Shown here: piece after piece, positions 27,242 through 34,755 of the stretch | Position numbering within the stretch: the stretch's first letter is position 1 | Layout: the number at the start of each line of letters is the position of its first letter | Origin: a virus | Lineage: Duplodnaviria > Caudoviricetes | IMG/VR virus record: IMGVR_UViG_3300023116_000150 | Location: 1 to 34,755 of that record | DNA: 34,755 nt | Strand: one strand, 5' to 3' | Translations under genes and position numbers: made by a program | The notes under the pieces: generated by a model | What the model was told of the DNA's origin: nothing | Seen by the model: only the letters and a program-made list of their open reading frames with translations | Databases searched by the model: none

Positions 27242-28641
27242 CAGGCATCACCCTTCCTGCGCAAGTAAATGCGTCCGCTATCCTTCTTGGTGCTAAACAA
27301 CTTCCCTCCGAAGTCCTTGAAGTGCCGCTCAGCGGAACTCTTGGAAAGACCCGTGCCACTCATGTACGCTGAAGTGACGTTCTGCTTTCGTCGCCACCCG
27401 TCCACACCTTCAATCTCGTACGGCTGACAGGCGTTGTATGCACTCAGCATGTCGTTGAGTACCTTCTGCTCCTTGCCCTTGTTGCCACCGATTTCAACAG
27501 AATCCTCAAGCCATGAAATGAGGTTCACGAACAAATCAATCAGGATTTCGTGCGCCATGTCCACGTGACGGGCGAGAATCACGTCGCTGCGCTCAAGCAC
27601 GGCCATGTGAAGCGAGAAGATACCGAGGTAATTCTCAATGGCGGGGGTGAACGACGCTACGATTTCAGACATGGATGGGTCCATGTCACGTAGCAGGTCG
27701 TACACTTCTTCAGATGCTTGATGAAGAGCAACTTCGTAGTCGGCGTCAGCCGTGAACATGTCCCACATGTGGGCTTGAACGACTTCTTCTTGCTCTTTGC
27801 TTGATAGTTCAGTCCAATTTGTGAAAGTGATTTCAGCGAGATTCAACAACTTGTCTCGTACCCATTTTTGCGTTTCACGGAAGTACTCGTACAGGTCTTC
27901 ACGCGAGTATTCAATGGCGACGGGCTTTCGCCAAAATGTACTGAGTCGTTTCTGACTCACGCCCTGTCGCTCGTCCATGTCCCAATGACGCCAATAGAGC
28001 AGAACACGTTGGAAGATACCCTTGGTCAGCACGTACTCCTTTACGCCCTTGGGCGGGTAGGTGGTAATCCACATTGAAACGCTTGACTCAGCCTCAACCT
28101 TGTTTCCCTTCATGTGCTTGACAAGTGTGTTGTTTCCACTACCTACGGGATTGCAAGCCGTCTGCAAGTACAGAACTGTTTCCTGACTGTGCTTACCCGG
28201 ATTGAGAATGATGGAGCCTTCGTCAAAGTTGATGGCTTTGCGTCCCGCGAGTAGCCCTTCCACCGTTTCGTACTCACCCGTTGGTTTGCCGTTGTCGTCC
28301 AATACCGCTTCAGTTGAGCCAATCAGCCCTGCGTCTGTACCTGATGCGAACAACTCAATGGGTACATCTGCCTCATTGCACACGTCGCTAATGAAGTTCC
28401 ATGCGATTGATTTACCTGTACGTGAAGGTTGAATCCAAAACACGTGTACGCGAGGGTCAAGGTGTGTGTCCCCCGTGGGAATGCGAACGTAGGGCAGGAT
28501 AGCCTGCCCTTGAATGAAAAAGAATGAGAGCAGACCCGGCACTTCGTTTCGCATTGATGTTTGCGAGAAGTGATGCAGGTATGCATTGAGAATGTCATGC
28601 TTCTGTACGGCGGTGTAATTTCGTGGCTCCATGTTGCTCAT
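27241..28641 (-). CDS. MCM-like AAA+ ATPase, putative replicative helicase (466 aa)
   Basis: Walker A variant QPSRTGKS, MCM-like TDAGLIG motif, Walker B INFDE, candidate Arg finger IFQR, and a C-terminal winged-helix-like segment. Confidence 0.7.
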   Translation of the reverse strand: MSNMEPRNYTAVQKHDILNAYLHHFSQTSMRNEVPGLLSFFFIQGQAILPYVRIPTGDTHLDPRVHVFWIQPSRTGKSIAWNFISDVCNEADVPIELFASGTDAGLIGSTEAVLDDNGKPTGEYETVEGLLAGRKAINFDEGSIILNPGKHSQETVLYLQTACNPVGSGNNTLVKHMKGNKVEAESSVSMWITTYPPKGVKEYVLTKGIFQRVLLYWRHWDMDERQGVSQKRLSTFWRKPVAIEYSREDLYEYFRETQKWVRDKLLNLAEITFTNWTELSSKEQEEVVQAHMWDMFTADADYEVALHQASEEVYDLLRDMDPSMSEIVASFTPAIENYLGIFSLHMAVLERSDVILARHVDMAHEILIDLFVNLISWLEDSVEIGGNKGKEQKVLNDMLSAYNACQPYEIEGVDGWRRKQNVTSAYMSGTGLSKSSAERHFKDFGGKLFSTKKDSGRIYLRRKGDA

Positions 28642-28660
28642 CTCCTTCTCCTTTCTTTGG

Positions 28661-29365
28661 TTATATACTTCGACGGACAGTCCTCTCTTGTTTGACCTGC
28701 TCTTCGCTTGTCAGTACGTTGATGAGAAGTCGCCTCCGAACTTCACCTAAGCCCTTGACCTGCTTTAACGACTCAGGGTGGGCCATCTCTTCGACGCTTC
28801 CGCATGTGTCAAGCAGTCGCTCAGCGATTTCACGTCCAATACCCGGTACGGCCATCAGCATGTCCATGCGAATGTCGTTTGACGCAACACGCCTTAACGC
28901 ATGTGCGCCGTGTGCGCTCGCAGGCTTGTGCAACTTGTCATGCAAGCGCACGATGAATGACGCAGCCTCGCTTGTATCAGACGTGTACAACACCTGACAA
29001 TCGAAGTCAGCCATGATGCGAGCGAGCGTACCCATGAGTTCGTTCTGCACCCGCGAGTAGGACACCTTCTTGCCCGAAGCCTTGGCTTGCGCGAGGTACT
29101 TCTGAATTGAGCCGTGGACGACGAGGAAGAACCGCTCAAAGTTGGCGTCCATGTTGTCGAGTTGTCGCCACAGGTGGCCGCTATGCGAGGACAGGAACAG
29201 GTCGTTGATGCTCTTGGCCTCGACCAATGCACCGCCGAGTTGGTAGTCACCTACAACGAGCGATTGGCGGATAACGACAAGCCCTGCCTTCTCCGCTTTC
29301 CGCTCGACGGACTCACACAGGAGGCCACGTTCGTTTGAGTCAATGATGAGTTCAGGCTTCGGCAT
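28661..29365 (-). CDS. ERCC4/XPF (Hef-like) structure-specific nuclease with C-terminal HhH motifs (234 aa)
   Basis: IIDSNE, GDY...VEAKS..DL..S..G.L..Q, and HhH motifs VPGIG and VKGLG. Start reassigned to ATG 29365 (TGATG overlap). Confidence 0.9.
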   Translation of the reverse strand: MPKPELIIDSNERGLLCESVERKAEKAGLVVIRQSLVVGDYQLGGALVEAKSINDLFLSSHSGHLWRQLDNMDANFERFFLVVHGSIQKYLAQAKASGKKVSYSRVQNELMGTLARIMADFDCQVLYTSDTSEAASFIVRLHDKLHKPASAHGAHALRRVASNDIRMDMLMAVPGIGREIAERLLDTCGSVEEMAHPESLKQVKGLGEVRRRLLINVLTSEEQVKQERTVRRSI

Positions 29366-29580
29366 CAGCGTCCCCCCGTGTTGTGGGTGGCACAGGTGGA
29401 ATGTTGCTTCTGTGCCCACGCTCCGCATCGCTTCTTAGTCCTACTGAGAGCCGTACATTGCCATTCATTCGGAGGCGGGCCAAAGCGACACTTCGCGCAG
29501 ATGAATGCTTGGCCTGTTGCTACTCGGCGGCTCTTTCGATTGCCTTTTGTTTTACAGACTTCGCACCACATTACAGGCAT
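29365..29580 (-). CDS. Zn-finger protein (71 aa)
   Basis: CEVC...CAKC plus CTA...RC...CATH. Abuts both neighbours. Confidence 0.7.
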   Translation of the reverse strand: MPVMWCEVCKTKGNRKSRRVATGQAFICAKCRFGPPPNEWQCTALSRTKKRCGAWAQKQHSTCATHNTGGR

Positions 29581-30669
29581 TCAGATTCCTCCTGTTCCAT
29601 CATAGTACATGCACTTGCCCACGCAGTACCCTTCCTGATAAAGCGTGGCACAGGTGGCACTTGAGTAGCCGGTGGCTACGATACTTCGCACCTGTTCTTC
29701 TGTGCGTGATGTGTCGTAGTCCACCCATCCCTGTTGAGCGATGAACGAACAGATGGTGCGAATGTGTTCTTCCTTTTCCCGTTCATCAATTCGCCAATGC
29801 GGGAAGAACATGCGCAGCCTATCTGCAAGATAGGTCGCAAAGTGGTAACGCTCACGATGCGTAGGGTTGCCTTCGCCCATTGCTGCTTGTGCAAGACACG
29901 GCAGTACGTGAATGTCCGAGAGTGTTGTGGTGGGTAGGTCAACGGGTTCAAGGTTCATCATTTGCGTGAGCATGGATTCTTTCACTTCAAACTGAAGTGG
30001 TACCTCACCAAGTTGCACGTAGCCTGAGTGGGCCTCCATACCCAAGTTCATCAGGTCGTCGTATGAGGCTGATTCAATCAGTTCGCTTGTCAGCGGTACA
30101 CCCCAACAGTCACGACGAGCGTTGTACGAGTTGGGTATGCGAATCATACCGCTTGTGTCAAACGCTACGGTAGGGTCGTTGCAGCGAAGCACACCAATGT
30201 CCCGTTCCCATTCGTTGATGAGCAGGCGGCCTGTGTACTTGATTTGAGACAACTCGCCACCTGTTGTGGGTTCAAGCGTACGGTCAAGGGGAATCCATAC
30301 GTGGAAACCACCGCCACTAAACCACACGAAGTGCATGGTGTTGCTCTTCATCAGGTGCTTGTGTAGCCTGCGTACCTCATCGTGCGGCTTGTCGAAGGAA
30401 ACGTCCACGCCTTTAGCCTTGAAGTCCTTGCAATCAAAGTCCATGACGAAGTGATGAATGCGCGGAGTGTTGTAGTCAACACGGTGATGCTTCGGCGGTG
30501 CGGTTTTGTTGTAACCGTAAGCGGTCATGTACACGTTACCTGAGCCACTCTTACCACGCCAATACGACTCCAACTCTTCAGGGGTACGTACAATGCGCCT
30601 CCACCCACGCTCCCCTCCGCTTGGCAATTCAAGCACTTCGCGGGGAAAGTCAATGGGGATAAAAGCCAC
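29581..30669 (-). CDS. Archaeo-eukaryotic primase, PriS catalytic domain fused to a PriL-like Fe-S domain (362 aa)
   Basis: AEP motifs DFD, SGGGFH and D...IRIP. The C-terminus LPC...HRER...C...C..C resembles the PriL C-terminal domain. Confidence 0.88.
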   Translation of the reverse strand: MAFIPIDFPREVLELPSGGERGWRRIVRTPEELESYWRGKSGSGNVYMTAYGYNKTAPPKHHRVDYNTPRIHHFVMDFDCKDFKAKGVDVSFDKPHDEVRRLHKHLMKSNTMHFVWFSGGGFHVWIPLDRTLEPTTGGELSQIKYTGRLLINEWERDIGVLRCNDPTVAFDTSGMIRIPNSYNARRDCWGVPLTSELIESASYDDLMNLGMEAHSGYVQLGEVPLQFEVKESMLTQMMNLEPVDLPTTTLSDIHVLPCLAQAAMGEGNPTHRERYHFATYLADRLRMFFPHWRIDEREKEEHIRTICSFIAQQGWVDYDTSRTEEQVRSIVATGYSSATCATLYQEGYCVGKCMYYDGTGGI

Positions 30670-30673
30670 ATCA

Positions 30674-30967
30674 TCACCACTTGTTCGTCAAGGCCTCAAG
30701 GTCTGAAATGAGTGTGTTCAACACAACGAGTACGTCGTGCTTCTCAAACACATTTGGGGTGAGGGTGTACTGTACGATGTAGTAGTACCCAAGCCCTTCA
30801 TTGTCCTCGTCATAGAAGTCAAGAGTGTACTGCTTCAGCACCGAGCGAACAAACATGTTCCTGCCCGGTAGCAGCCCCCTTGGTGCGCTCATGCGTACCT
30901 GCACCTGATGAGGCGGAGGCACCTCCGCTTGCAGCCTGCTCTCAATGTATTCAACGTCATCTTTCAT
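30674..30967 (-). CDS. Hypothetical protein (97 aa)
   Basis: Fills the gap between the Cas4-like and primase genes, with GGAGG upstream. Confidence 0.65.
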   Translation of the reverse strand: MKDDVEYIESRLQAEVPPPHQVQVRMSAPRGLLPGRNMFVRSVLKQYTLDFYDEDNEGLGYYYIVQYTLTPNVFEKHDVLVVLNTLISDLEALTNKW

Positions 30968-31975
30968 TCATTCTTCCTCCAATGTGTCAAGGAATCTATC
31001 GGTCACCGACCAAAAATCACAATGCTCCTTGTAGGAACACCAATTGCACTTGAGCGTTTGCTCTTCAAGGGGTACGTCTGCCTTCGGCTTACCAAGCCAA
31101 GGGTCAGGCGGGAACTCCATGCTAACGTGCGCTGCTACCAACTTCGTGAGTGCGTTCTCCACGCTCGTCAGCGTACGGCTCAGCGCACCCTCGTACACAA
31201 TGGCGTTGCGCTCACCGTTCTCAGCACCGCCGGGAAACTCCCACCCCCAATGTGAAATCGGTAGGTACTCACCGTGGGGACTGTTGTTCAAAAACATCTG
31301 ATAAAACGCCATCTCTTTACGCATCTTGGGCATGCCGTTGCGTTCCTTCCACTTGCCTGTCTTCAACTCCATGAGTGCGTACGTTCCATGACCTGTGTTG
31401 AAGATGGAGTCAATGAAACCGGACAGGTGAATGGGAATGCGCTCCCCGTCAACCTCGACGTACCTGTTAGCGTGTACATGTGCTTCCACGGCGACGGGTC
31501 GCCAATGCTTCGTACCACCGTGGATGAGTCGTTGATACTGCCACTCAAGCCATTGCTGAATCTGCTCAGGCTCACCAAACTCGTACGGCTCAGGTGGGTT
31601 AGGAGTACTTTGAGAGTAAAACAAATCGCGGGCGGCGTCGGTTTTCCCTGCTTTATATAAGGTCATGACTTCCTCTTCGGAATTAAAATCAGACCAAAAG
31701 AACTCAACGAAATCGTGGACGTTACTGCCGCGAGTCATTGCATCGGTTTGCTCATCAGGGATGCGCAAGAATCGCTTGATGTAGTACTGTTGTGGACACC
31801 ACCCGAAGTCACCGAGGCTTGACTTGGACACACGCAGAATCGTGCCGTCTTGGTCGTTGGGGTTCCAAGCGTACTTGCTACGCCTGTACCACTCAGCCTC
31901 TTCGGTGTGGCCTGTCTCGGCCTCGTACTCGTCAATGCTTTGGCGACTATCATCACCCGTGGGATTCCACCTCAT
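30968..31975 (-). CDS. Cas4/AddB-like PD-(D/E)XK exonuclease with Fe-S cysteines (335 aa)
   Basis: SKSS...WCP, G..VH, GFID, ELKTG and C-terminal CNWCSYKEHC. Start reassigned to ATG 31975 (GAGGTGA RBS, ATGA overlap). Confidence 0.87.
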   Translation of the reverse strand: MRWNPTGDDSRQSIDEYEAETGHTEEAEWYRRSKYAWNPNDQDGTILRVSKSSLGDFGWCPQQYYIKRFLRIPDEQTDAMTRGSNVHDFVEFFWSDFNSEEEVMTLYKAGKTDAARDLFYSQSTPNPPEPYEFGEPEQIQQWLEWQYQRLIHGGTKHWRPVAVEAHVHANRYVEVDGERIPIHLSGFIDSIFNTGHGTYALMELKTGKWKERNGMPKMRKEMAFYQMFLNNSPHGEYLPISHWGWEFPGGAENGERNAIVYEGALSRTLTSVENALTKLVAAHVSMEFPPDPWLGKPKADVPLEEQTLKCNWCSYKEHCDFWSVTDRFLDTLEEE

Positions 31976-32160
31976 CGGTCTTTCACCTCCCTCATCAGAC
32001 GCTCGACGTACACGGCTGCGTCCATCAGTTCCTCTTGCAAGTGCTGAAGCCACGCGAATAGGTCAAGGTCATCCCTCTCCATCGTGACCCCGTACTTGGC
32101 TTTACCGACTTCAGCCCGCTGCTGAATCTTCTCGCACACGGCGTTTTCAATCTCAGACAC
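31972..32160 (-). CDS. Small all-alpha NTP pyrophosphatase (MazG-like) protein (62 aa)
   Basis: GKAKYG...WLQHLQEELMDAAVY carries the EExxD motif. Confidence 0.65.
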   Translation of the reverse strand: MSEIENAVCEKIQQRAEVGKAKYGVTMERDDLDLFAWLQHLQEELMDAAVYVERLMREVKDR

Positions 32161-32329
32161 GGTAAGACCTCACGGGTACGGGAAAGAGTCGCTGCTGACT
32201 CTCAGGCGTCATGTCGAAGAACTCGTCAAGCGTCGTCTGACGGGTCTTACGGCCACCGCATTGACAGTAGCGTACCATCGGCTCACGCTCAGGTGTGTTC
32301 ATCACTCGTTCCCAAATCTTCCACTTCAT
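32153..32329 (-). CDS. Microprotein (58 aa) with a canonical PCNA-interacting PIP box
   Basis: ATG 32329 follows GGTGA. QTTLDEFF matches QxxLxxFF exactly. Confidence 0.65.
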   Translation of the reverse strand: MKWKIWERVMNTPEREPMVRYCQCGGRKTRQTTLDEFFDMTPESQQRLFPVPVRSYRV

Positions 32330-32330
32330 T

Positions 32331-33785
32331 TCATTCACCTACCTTCACATACGTACCCATCACGATTTTGTATATGGGTGCGGAATTGTCTGCGTATGTG
32401 ACGACGAAATCATCGCCCAACAACGGCTTCCAATGTTCATCGAACTGCTTCTTCGCGTTTGCGAGAACGGTCTTGGCAAACACCACACCACGCTTCGACC
32501 CAACAGTTACCATGTAGCCGATGAGTTGGTTCATATCTTGTGCGTTGAAGTTCCCTTTCTTCACTTCAAACACATACAGGTCGCTTCCGTTCATGGCCGT
32601 CACGTCCATGCTTAGGTTTGTGTCCGTGGATTCTTCCGTCTTCACATCAGACCAAACGGATTCTCCCGTGGGCAACTTCACGTCTGACAAGTACGCGGCC
32701 AAACCGTCACGAATCAATGACTCGCTAAGGTTGTCGTACTCATCGTTATCATCAGGCGGATTGAAGAATGCCGTGATTTTGTGGTCGAGAATGGCGGCAG
32801 CAATGCCCTTCTTGATGGCGAGCCATTCATCGGTTTGCTGCACATTGTCTTTCTTTGGAGTCGTGGGGATGTGACCTTCCTTCACAATGAGTTGTCCAAT
32901 TAGACGGTTGAGTGAAGTGTGGTTCTTGGGCCTCCACTCGGTCAGGGGTTCGTATGAGCGATGCACTACCACGCGGTCGTTCTGCACAATGTCAATACCA
33001 CCACCGTAGGACAAAGCCTTCCACGGCCCTTCTTCGTTTTCTGCACTCATACCGATGATGAAATCAGCAACGACATTCTGTGTCACAATCTCCTTCTTCA
33101 GCAGGTGTACGTTCGTACCCGTCGTGGGGTGGAAGTAGGGAGGATGAATTGGAAGCACATGAATAATCTCAGGTTGGTTCTTCGCATTCAGAAGGGGCTG
33201 CCCTGTGTGAATATCGAACTCCTGAATTGTGATGCTACCCCCACCACTCAGGAAGTTGCCATACCTAACACCAAAGGATTCTTTGAGTGTAGTAATTCGT
33301 TGCGCTGCGAACACATTCAGCATCACGTTCATTGAAATCTCAGTACCGGTATGGCTCCAAGGCGGAGTAATACCCGTATCAATGTGAAGGGTGTTTCCCT
33401 CATAGCCTTCAACTGCGAAGCAATCAATGCCATCGTAGGTCAAGATGTAATCCAACCCGGCTGCAATGTTCATGTTACCAAAGTAGGCAATTGCACTTTT
33501 CATTCCCACACCGTGTTCATTGATGCCTTGGTTCGTACGTGCGCCAACTGCGAAGGCTTCAGCGAGTTCACCCATGCTGATGCCGCTACCGTCGTCGGTC
33601 ACCGTGACGTTGTGAATGGCTCGCATGCCATCGTTTTCAACATACAATTCAACGCTGATTTTCTTTGCGCTAACGATAGCGTTGTCAAGCAGTTCATGCA
33701 AGGCGGTGTAAAATGTAAAACCGCTCTTCGACATGGTGTTTGCCATTTGTTCGTTGTTGCTCTTCATCTCAATTTGTTGTTTCAT
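32331..33785 (-). CDS. MORC-like GHKL ATPase fused to a C-terminal PD-(D/E)XK (NucS/Mrr-like) nuclease (484 aa)
   Basis: GHKL motifs ELLDNA, DDGSG, HGVGMK and TGT. The C-terminus reads MDV...FEVKK...QLIGY. Confidence 0.85.
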   Translation of the reverse strand: MKQQIEMKSNNEQMANTMSKSGFTFYTALHELLDNAIVSAKKISVELYVENDGMRAIHNVTVTDDGSGISMGELAEAFAVGARTNQGINEHGVGMKSAIAYFGNMNIAAGLDYILTYDGIDCFAVEGYEGNTLHIDTGITPPWSHTGTEISMNVMLNVFAAQRITTLKESFGVRYGNFLSGGGSITIQEFDIHTGQPLLNAKNQPEIIHVLPIHPPYFHPTTGTNVHLLKKEIVTQNVVADFIIGMSAENEEGPWKALSYGGGIDIVQNDRVVVHRSYEPLTEWRPKNHTSLNRLIGQLIVKEGHIPTTPKKDNVQQTDEWLAIKKGIAAAILDHKITAFFNPPDDNDEYDNLSESLIRDGLAAYLSDVKLPTGESVWSDVKTEESTDTNLSMDVTAMNGSDLYVFEVKKGNFNAQDMNQLIGYMVTVGSKRGVVFAKTVLANAKKQFDEHWKPLLGDDFVVTYADNSAPIYKIVMGTYVKVGE

Positions 33786-33789
33786 TTTA

Positions 33790-34755
33790 TCACCACATCT
33801 TCACAGGTACACGCTGCGCCGTGAGAGCATTCAAGTCCCAACCAAGCACAGTATAAACGCCTCCAATCTTTTCAGCAATCCACTTCTGAACGGTAGTACT
33901 CCACGCTATGTCGTACCCCTTCAAGTCAAGCGATTCGCCACGCTCGTTCTCACAAGCCATGACAGGAGTGTAGGGCGCACCTTGCGGCACACCGTCAACG
34001 TACACCCATCGTACGTTGTCGCCCTTGAGGAACTTCGTACCGTGATGCTCATTGGCATAGATACCCGCTCGCGCAGGGTTCGGTACGCTACCCTTGTCGT
34101 AGTCCTTTAGGGCCTTCTTGATACGTCCCGAGGAAGCAACGTCGCTAACGTCGAGGCCTCCCGCATAGGTTTCCTTGATGTGAGGTCGCACGGCTGCGTA
34201 CACATCGGCTTCATCTGCGCCCGTGGCAATCATCTGAAACATGTCGCTAATCAGTCCCTTCGCAAACTTGGGAGTATCGGAACGCTTCGGTGCGAATCCT
34301 GTAATCTTCATCTTGCCTTCCTCACTCGGAGGCCATGACTTCACACCGAAGTTCATGTTCTTCACTTCGCCTGTGAACCAATAGGGGAAGTATGCTTCCA
34401 ATTCAACGTCAAGGTATTCCAACCCCAAGTCTTCCTGTGCGACATTCGTGAGATGTTCAGACAACCATTCAGCCTTGTCAAAGGGAACCTGAATGTAGCA
34501 CGAATCCGTGTGTCCCGCAAGGCCACGGAAGCCCTGCTCTTCGCTTTCCTCAACGAGCATGGAGATGGACTTGCGCCCAAGGTACGTTGTGGACTCAGCA
34601 ATAGCCTTGGACACCCACCCGCCTTTGAGCATGGACATACCACACATGCCGTAAATCGCATTCACGCTGACCTTGACCGCCATTTGCAGCATGTCGTACC
34701 CAAGTTTTTCATCAGGGTCATTTGCTTCCTTCATCAATCGCTTGTACTTCTTACG
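33790..34755 (-). CDS. polB: Family B DNA polymerase, C-terminal part (runs off the window)
   Basis: Motif B QMAVKVSVNAIYG and motif C GHTDS, followed by the thumb region. The frame is open to base 34755. Confidence 0.93.
   Translation of the reverse strand, partial: RKKYKRLMKEANDPDEKLGYDMLQMAVKVSVNAIYGMCGMSMLKGGWVSKAIAESTTYLGRKSISMLVEESEEQGFRGLAGHTDSCYIQVPFDKAEWLSEHLTNVAQEDLGLEYLDVELEAYFPYWFTGEVKNMNFGVKSWPPSEEGKMKITGFAPKRSDTPKFAKGLISDMFQMIATGADEADVYAAVRPHIKETYAGGLDVSDVASSGRIKKALKDYDKGSVPNPARAGIYANEHHGTKFLKGDNVRWVYVDGVPQGAPYTPVMACENERGESLDLKGYDIAWSTTVQKWIAEKIGGVYTVLGWDLNALTAQRVPVKMW

Noticed and set aside
30968-31975. Cas4-like gene as evidence of a CRISPR-Cas locus
   Set aside because: No repeat-spacer array and no other cas gene are visible. 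Solo Cas4-like nucleases are common in the replication blocks of archaeal viruses.
24928-34755. Cellular archaeal chromosome origin of the thermosome/primase/PolB block
   Set aside because: The genes are divergent, compact and directly joined to tail genes, with no ribosomal or metabolic housekeeping context. An integrated provirus cannot be excluded from this window.
1-34755. tRNA, rRNA, introns or inteins
   Set aside because: There is almost no intergenic space, and no cloverleaf, splice or intein motif was recognised by eye.

Overview
A 34.8-kb piece of a tailed archaeal dsDNA virus genome, most consistent with a magrovirus (Magrovirales, inferred host Marine Group II/Poseidoniales). The assignment rests on the gene set and on GAGGTG/GGTGA archaeal ribosome-binding sites, not on a database search. 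Two convergent, tightly coupled gene blocks meet at about 24.66-24.69 kb. The + strand is a virion/tail block: a giant protein of more than 5,400 aa, a hub-like protein and a tail fibre with a small chaperone-like gene. The - strand is a replication block: PolB, GHKL-ATPase-nuclease, Cas4-like nuclease, PriS-PriL fusion primase, ERCC4 nuclease, MCM-like ATPase, DEDD exonuclease, group II chaperonin and several Zn-finger microproteins. The most striking feature lies among the structural genes. Five small genes share an N-terminal leader, M-x-P-M-[DEG]-x-[AS]-W-x(2-3)-[LV]-K, and carry unrelated cargo: three ADP-ribosyltransferase-like domains preceded by a PIP-box-like RQTTLGE motif, a ParB/Srx domain and a basic peptide. 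A modular polyprotein next to them has a kinase-like module bounded by similar hydrophobic-x-K junctions. I infer a leader-addressed, protease-matured, virion-delivered effector system, partly aimed at the PCNA clamp. The window also appears strongly depleted of GATC, AGCT, CTAG and CCAG/CTGG.
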